A stretch of DNA of 64,000 bases. It comes from Patescibacteria group bacterium (lineage in GTDB: Bacteria; Patescibacteriota; WWE3; UBA101185; UBA10185). Positions within the stretch are counted from its first letter, which is position 1; each line of letters begins with the position of its first letter. Position numbers and translations under genes: made by a program. Under the pieces are notes generated by a model. That model was not told the DNA's origin and ran no database searches. It saw nothing but the letters and a program-made list of their open reading frames with translations. Below, in pieces: positions 58,935 to 64,000 of the stretch. Location: the NCBI GenBank assembly GCA_016926555.1, contig JAFGOI010000008.1, positions 12,821-76,820 on the forward strand, written 5' to 3'.

Positions 58935-59939
58935 ATGGACAAAGAAATTCAGCAGATTAGAGACGATTTAGCAAATAAACTGGAAAATGCCTTTTCAGTG
59001 GATAAAATAGACCAGCTGTACCTCCAGTACTTCTCAAAAAAACATGGAATTATAACCCAATTGATAAAAGATCTTCCAAAATTAGCTACTGATCAAAAGA
59101 AAATCTACGGACCCGCATTAAATACACTACAAGATGAATTCAAACAGAAACTTGATGAAAAAAAGAAAAAGCTAATACAAAATTCTATTGAAGACCCATC
59201 AATAGACTTAACATACGCGGAAAAACCCTTAAATTCGGGTATGCTACATCCCACCACACAAGTAATCAGGGAAATGAACACATTCTTTAGGTATTACGGA
59301 TTTTCAATCGCGGAAGGACCCGAAATTGAAACTGCCGAATATAACTTTAGAAAGCTAAACCTTCCCGAGGATCATCCAGCAACCGACCTGCAAGATACTC
59401 TATTTATAAAAGAACCTGATATTCTATTGACCACACACGCTTCCTCCGTTGAAGCTAGAGTATTGACTGATTATGATCCTCCAATTAGAGTCGCATTTCC
59501 CGGTAAAGTTTTCAGAAATGAGACTGTAAATACAACGAATGGGTCTTTTTTTCACCACTATCAGGGTGTTGTGGTCGATAAAGGAACTACTATCCAGAAT
59601 CTAAAAGCGACTCTTACAGATTTCCACAAATTCTTATTCGGAGACGATGTGGTAATAAGATTTAGATATAAATACTACCCTGAGGTATCTCCCGGCATGG
59701 GAACAGATATGATCTGCCAATTTTGCGGCGGGAATGGCTGTAATGTTTGCAAACAAAGGGGCTGGATCGAAGTGCTTGGTTCAGGAATGATTCATTACAA
59801 TACTCTAAAAATGTGCGGAATAGATCCCGAAGAGTACACCGGGTTTGCTTTCGGAATGGGCTTGGATAGGTTAGTGATGCAGAAATTTAATATTCCCGAC
59901 ATAAGAAAATTGTATGGGGGAGGTATCGTTTACGCCTAA
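58935..59939 (+). CDS. pheS: Phenylalanine--tRNA ligase alpha subunit
   Basis: Motifs HPATDLQDT, GKVFRNE, CxxC...CxxC and GFAFGMGLDRL. Confidence 0.96.
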   Translation: MDKEIQQIRDDLANKLENAFSVDKIDQLYLQYFSKKHGIITQLIKDLPKLATDQKKIYGPALNTLQDEFKQKLDEKKKKLIQNSIEDPSIDLTYAEKPLNSGMLHPTTQVIREMNTFFRYYGFSIAEGPEIETAEYNFRKLNLPEDHPATDLQDTLFIKEPDILLTTHASSVEARVLTDYDPPIRVAFPGKVFRNETVNTTNGSFFHHYQGVVVDKGTTIQNLKATLTDFHKFLFGDDVVIRFRYKYYPEVSPGMGTDMICQFCGGNGCNVCKQRGWIEVLGSGMIHYNTLKMCGIDPEEYTGFAFGMGLDRLVMQKFNIPDIRKLYGGGIVYA

Positions 59940-59944
59940 ATAAT

Positions 59945-61885
59945 ATGAAAGTACCTTATGAATGGCTAAAAGAATATGTTAAAACAGATAGATCCCCTGA
60001 TGAGGTTGCCGAATCTTTTACCTATCTTGGACTACTGTTAGACAAACCCATAGAAAAATATATCTCGGGAAGTTACGAAACGGATATACTAGATCTTGAA
60101 CACAGAATGGACAGATCAGACTGGTTATCCATTTTGGGCTGTGCCAGAGATTTGGCTGCCTTTGATAGTAATAAGCTCTTATACCCGGAGTTACAAACGG
60201 AAAAACCTATAAAACCTGCCAAAAACCAGATTGTTGATATTCAGGTTTTGTGCCCTGATATTGTAAACAGGTTTACCACTGTTGTGTTCAGGAATGTAAA
60301 GGTTAAAGATTCACCCGACTGGCTAAAGAACCGGCTAGAAGCGTATGGTATTCCATCAATTAATAACATTGTAGATATAACTAATTATGTGATGGTCGAG
60401 CTGGGACAGCCTATGCATGCACAAGATTTAACTAAAATGGAAGCTCAAGAAATAGTTATACGAAAGGCTAAAGCAGGGGAATCCGTCACAACACTGCTGG
60501 GTGAAACTGTAGAAGTTGTACCAGACGCATTTGTATTAACTCAAAACGATAAACCGACCGTAATCGGAGGCATTGTAGGGGGTATAAAGACAGGCGTGGA
60601 TAAATCTACAACAAACATTATTCTCGACGCGGGAAACTACAACCAAAATACTGTCAGAAAAGTGTCTCGATTACTAAAAATCCAAAATGAGACTGTAATA
60701 CGATATGATAAATTCTTACACCCCAATCTTACTGAAATTGCTATAAAGAGAGCAGCAAGGCTAATTTTAGATCTTGCCGGAGGAGATTATTATGAAAACA
60801 TCGATTGGTATCCTGAAAAACATGCAGAAAAAGAGATGAAAATTAGATACGAAAGAGTAAAAAAAGTAAGCGGCATGGACATTGATACTAAAAGAGTAGA
60901 AGATATTCTCAATAAACTCGGATACGAAATAATATTGGCTGACGAAGAGGGATTTTATGTAAAAGTACCCTACTTTAGAACAGACGTCGAAGTTGAAGAT
61001 GACATTGTGTCTGATGTTCTCCGGATTGGAAATTACCAAAACATACCGATAACATCTATTTCCGAAACCCCGCCAAAAGAAATCACGCCGCCTATATACA
61101 AATTCGAGGATGAGTTAAAAGATATATGCGTTAAATTAGGGCTACATGAACATATAACGGAACCCCTTGTTAAGAGAGGAGAATCAAATCCCAATCAGAT
61201 CATGTTAGAAAACGCTTTGAGCTCTGAACAAAACGCGTTGAGAACTACTCTTTACGAAACGTTGGCCCCTGTTCTCAATATATACACCAAACACAAAATA
61301 TCGGATATTGGAGTTTTCGAGATCGGGAAATTTTATACAAAAGAAACTCACAATAAGTCCGAAAAATATAATGAGATAAGAGTACTTGAAGTGGTATATA
61401 AAAACTCCACAAACGACCCAAAAATTATCTCTCAGAGAGTTAAGACATATTTGTCTACTATTTTATACGAACTTGGTATTTCCGGCTTTGTTCAATCAAA
61501 AAGCAATGAAAACACAGAGATTCTATTCAACAAAGATCTCATTGGATACCTAAAATACGATTCACTCACACTTTTTACGGAAAAATTACTAAAATATAAA
61601 AGACAAAATGATCGAGTCCTATCAGACTTCAGAAACTACAAAACGGAGGATCTATCATTATCTATTAAGAAACATCGCCCTATTGGTCCGATAATAGATA
61701 AAATAACAAACATGGACACCGACATACTGGGTATAGAACTAGCTGAAACCTATATAGGAGATAACGTTGAAAAAGGCGAGAAAGGAATACTCCTAAGAGT
61801 AACACACAATTCGCAGAAATTTGACAAACTGCGAGACAAAATAAAAACAGTACTGCAAGAAGAATTTGATATTGAATTCAGATAA
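59945..61885 (+). CDS. pheT: Phenylalanine--tRNA ligase beta subunit (short; lacks the OB-fold B2 domain)
   Basis: Motifs MKVPYEWLKEYV, RSDWLSILGCARDL, INNIVDITNYVMVELGQPMHA and VPYFRTDV. Confidence 0.95.
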   Translation: MKVPYEWLKEYVKTDRSPDEVAESFTYLGLLLDKPIEKYISGSYETDILDLEHRMDRSDWLSILGCARDLAAFDSNKLLYPELQTEKPIKPAKNQIVDIQVLCPDIVNRFTTVVFRNVKVKDSPDWLKNRLEAYGIPSINNIVDITNYVMVELGQPMHAQDLTKMEAQEIVIRKAKAGESVTTLLGETVEVVPDAFVLTQNDKPTVIGGIVGGIKTGVDKSTTNIILDAGNYNQNTVRKVSRLLKIQNETVIRYDKFLHPNLTEIAIKRAARLILDLAGGDYYENIDWYPEKHAEKEMKIRYERVKKVSGMDIDTKRVEDILNKLGYEIILADEEGFYVKVPYFRTDVEVEDDIVSDVLRIGNYQNIPITSISETPPKEITPPIYKFEDELKDICVKLGLHEHITEPLVKRGESNPNQIMLENALSSEQNALRTTLYETLAPVLNIYTKHKISDIGVFEIGKFYTKETHNKSEKYNEIRVLEVVYKNSTNDPKIISQRVKTYLSTILYELGISGFVQSKSNENTEILFNKDLIGYLKYDSLTLFTEKLLKYKRQNDRVLSDFRNYKTEDLSLSIKKHRPIGPIIDKITNMDTDILGIELAETYIGDNVEKGEKGILLRVTHNSQKFDKLRDKIKTVLQEEFDIEFR

Positions 61886-61908
61886 ACACGAACTACGAGT
61901 TTAAAAAC

Positions 61909-64000
61909 TTATAGGTATCCTGCAACTACAAGCTCTACTTCATCATCATCTTTATGCCCTTTTTCGTCCTCAACAACTACTTTGAACTTATGTTTACCCA
62001 TTTGAGAACTATCCAATTCAAAATTATATCCATACGGTTCGGAACTATCCTCAGCCACTTTGTTGTCGTCCATATATATTCTTATTTCGGCAATATCATA
62101 GTAACCGGATACTTCCGCACTCAACCTAAACTCCAGGGATACCTCATCTCCATCTTCGAAACCGGTTATCTCTATAAATACTTTATCTTTATTTTCAACT
62201 TCATCTCCATCAAACTCCAAACGTGACTCCATTTGCGGCGGAAAATACTTATCATCGTCATAGTTTTCCTTAACCCATGCATCTACATAAGTCTGCCACT
62301 GCGGAAGTTCGGCTTGGATTTTTATATATGTCTTCTCATCTGTCTCATCTGCCTTTCTGCACTCACTATTTGCTAATCTGCCATCTTTTTTACAGATTTC
62401 CAAATGCTGATACCACCCACTGATTGCAGTAGGTTCCGTATCTTTTATAAACCACTCATATCTTTTTTCACTATCTCCATAGGGAAGCCCTCCTGTTAGC
62501 TTATCTACCTCAAGTTTATTTACATTTTCAGGAGGTTCAAAAGTATCTTCCGCTGCATTTTCGACCATCTCTTTCAAATACGTCGCCATAAATGTATTCC
62601 AAATGGGAGTCGCCCCAGTGATACCGGAAGCAACATAGGGATTCATTTTCTCATTATTGTTATTTCCTACCCACACACCAGCCACAATAGAAGGTGTAAA
62701 TCCTATTGCGTAGTTATCTCTTTTATCGTCAGTAGTACCAGTTTTTACAGCCACTTCATACCCGGGTATATGCAACAATGTACCAAGACCGAAAGCATCG
62801 CTTCTCGCACCGTCATCAGATAAAATATCAGAGATCAGAAACGCCACATCTTCTCCTAAAACACGTATATCAGGACTTTGATGTTTATATATAATTTCAC
62901 CCTTGGAATTTTTGACTTCTATAATAGAGGTAGGTGGGTGAAATACACCTTTAGATGTAAAAACGCTATATGCACCTGTTAATTCAAGTAATTTCACTTC
63001 ACCACCGCCCAAAGTTAATGCTAATCCATATCTTTCTCTATCTTTAAAAGTCGATATGCCCATTTTTTCAGCCATATCTATCATATTATCTATCCCCACA
63101 ATAGCTAAAGCTTTTACTGCGGGAATATTCAATGAATTACCAAGAGATTTTCTCAAAGGCATAACACCTCGAAAAATGCCATCATAATTTTCTGGTATAT
63201 AAGGTTTATCGACAGCCGCACCGGGAAATCTTGTCGGAACATCTAAAAGGGGATAGGCAGCTGAGTAACCCTGGTTTAACATAGTGGCATAAGTAATCGG
63301 TTTAATTGCCGATCCCGGCTGACGTAATGCAGTCGTTACATTTACGTAAGGATCAAACTTGCAACCTTTTTCTCCAGTACCCCCGGATATGCAATTTTCG
63401 GGCTCGGGAGAGAGATTATACCCTTTGGAACCTACCATAGATAGGATATAGCCCGTTTTCGGATCTAAAACGATCATTGAACCATTCCACACATTTAGCA
63501 GCTCCTCTGATTTTTCAATCTCATCAGTAACCGTTCTCTGTGCCAACTCATGAATCTTCAAATCTAGTGTCGTAGTAACTTGAAGACCTCCATTTTCTAC
63601 AGCTTCCTCTCCAAACATTTCGGATAATAGCTGCTTTGTATAAAAGATAAAATGAGGGGCGATCAGCGGTGTTTTCGCCGCTTCAAAATTAAGCGGGGCC
63701 TCTTTTACTCTTTCATACTCATCGTCATTTAGATAATGACGCTTTACTGACTCATCCAACCAACCTCTCTCATTCATAAGGTATAGCACATAGTTTTTTC
63801 TTTCAATACCTGCCTCAGGATTGGAACCAAACTGCGAGTAATAACTGGGACTCTGAGGTAATCCTGCAAGATAAGCCGCTTCTTCAATAGTTAAATCTTT
63901 GGGCTCCTTGTTAAAGTACGCTTTAGACGCCGAGTAAATTCCGTAATTCATACCACCATAAGGTGTTTCGTTAAGATACATCTGGAGAATCTCATTCTTC
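61909..64000 (-). CDS. Class A penicillin-binding protein (transglycosylase/transpeptidase) with C-terminal Ig-like domain; 5' end outside the window
   Basis: Motifs EILQMYLNETPYG, RQPGSAIKP (SxxK), SLN and KTGTT; the frame stays open to the window end. Confidence 0.93.
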   Translation of the reverse strand, partial: KNEILQMYLNETPYGGMNYGIYSASKAYFNKEPKDLTIEEAAYLAGLPQSPSYYSQFGSNPEAGIERKNYVLYLMNERGWLDESVKRHYLNDDEYERVKEAPLNFEAAKTPLIAPHFIFYTKQLLSEMFGEEAVENGGLQVTTTLDLKIHELAQRTVTDEIEKSEELLNVWNGSMIVLDPKTGYILSMVGSKGYNLSPEPENCISGGTGEKGCKFDPYVNVTTALRQPGSAIKPITYATMLNQGYSAAYPLLDVPTRFPGAAVDKPYIPENYDGIFRGVMPLRKSLGNSLNIPAVKALAIVGIDNMIDMAEKMGISTFKDRERYGLALTLGGGEVKLLELTGAYSVFTSKGVFHPPTSIIEVKNSKGEIIYKHQSPDIRVLGEDVAFLISDILSDDGARSDAFGLGTLLHIPGYEVAVKTGTTDDKRDNYAIGFTPSIVAGVWVGNNNNEKMNPYVASGITGATPIWNTFMATYLKEMVENAAEDTFEPPENVNKLEVDKLTGGLPYGDSEKRYEWFIKDTEPTAISGWYQHLEICKKDGRLANSECRKADETDEKTYIKIQAELPQWQTYVDAWVKENYDDDKYFPPQMESRLEFDGDEVENKDKVFIEITGFEDGDEVSLEFRLSAEVSGYYDIAEIRIYMDDNKVAEDSSEPYGYNFELDSSQMGKHKFKVVVEDEKGHKDDDEVELVVAGYL

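Noticed and set aside
1709-62226. Many short ORFs antisense to or nested in long genes (e.g. 3439-3825, 15655-16263, 30405-30824, 55294-55623)
   Set aside because: Shadow frames of well-supported genes, with Ser/Phe/Ile-rich composition and no motifs.
1-64000. CRISPR array, rRNA, intact transposase/integrase, or alternative genetic code (TGA=Gly)
   Set aside because: No regularly spaced repeats or such genes were seen, and conserved genes end at TGA with ATGA overlaps, consistent with code 11.

Overview
A 64-kb, AT-rich, gene-dense bacterial chromosome segment using genetic code 11. By inference it comes from a CPR/Patescibacteria lineage, probably WWE3/Microgenomates-like: the trigger factor is PPIase-less, PheT and ThrS are shortened, GT-C transferases are numerous, and many genes appear leaderless. 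Main contents: (i) a coupled fermentation operon made of an acetate-CoA ligase (ADP-forming) fused to an FNR-like flavin reductase domain plus 2-oxoacid:ferredoxin oxidoreductase alpha/beta; (ii) acpS plus an adenylation-ACP-PlsC tri-domain lipid-salvage protein; (iii) a sugar-entry cluster (GH1, clan GH-A hydrolase, ROK kinase, cupin-type PGI); (iv) a head-to-head Elp3 and Trm9-like methyltransferase pair, suggesting a eukaryote/archaea-type mcm5U34 tRNA pathway; (v) six GT-C-fold glycosyltransferases in three paralog pairs; (vi) six tRNAs, with a recombinase remnant at tRNA-Pro and a palindromic mini-element at tRNA-Val; (vii) tig-clpP, truB and thrS-infC-rpmI-rplT-pheS-pheT, with a Thr-rich leader peptide before thrS, and a partial class A PBP. 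No rRNA, CRISPR array or intact transposase was seen. All family assignments are by-eye motif recognition; no database searches were run.
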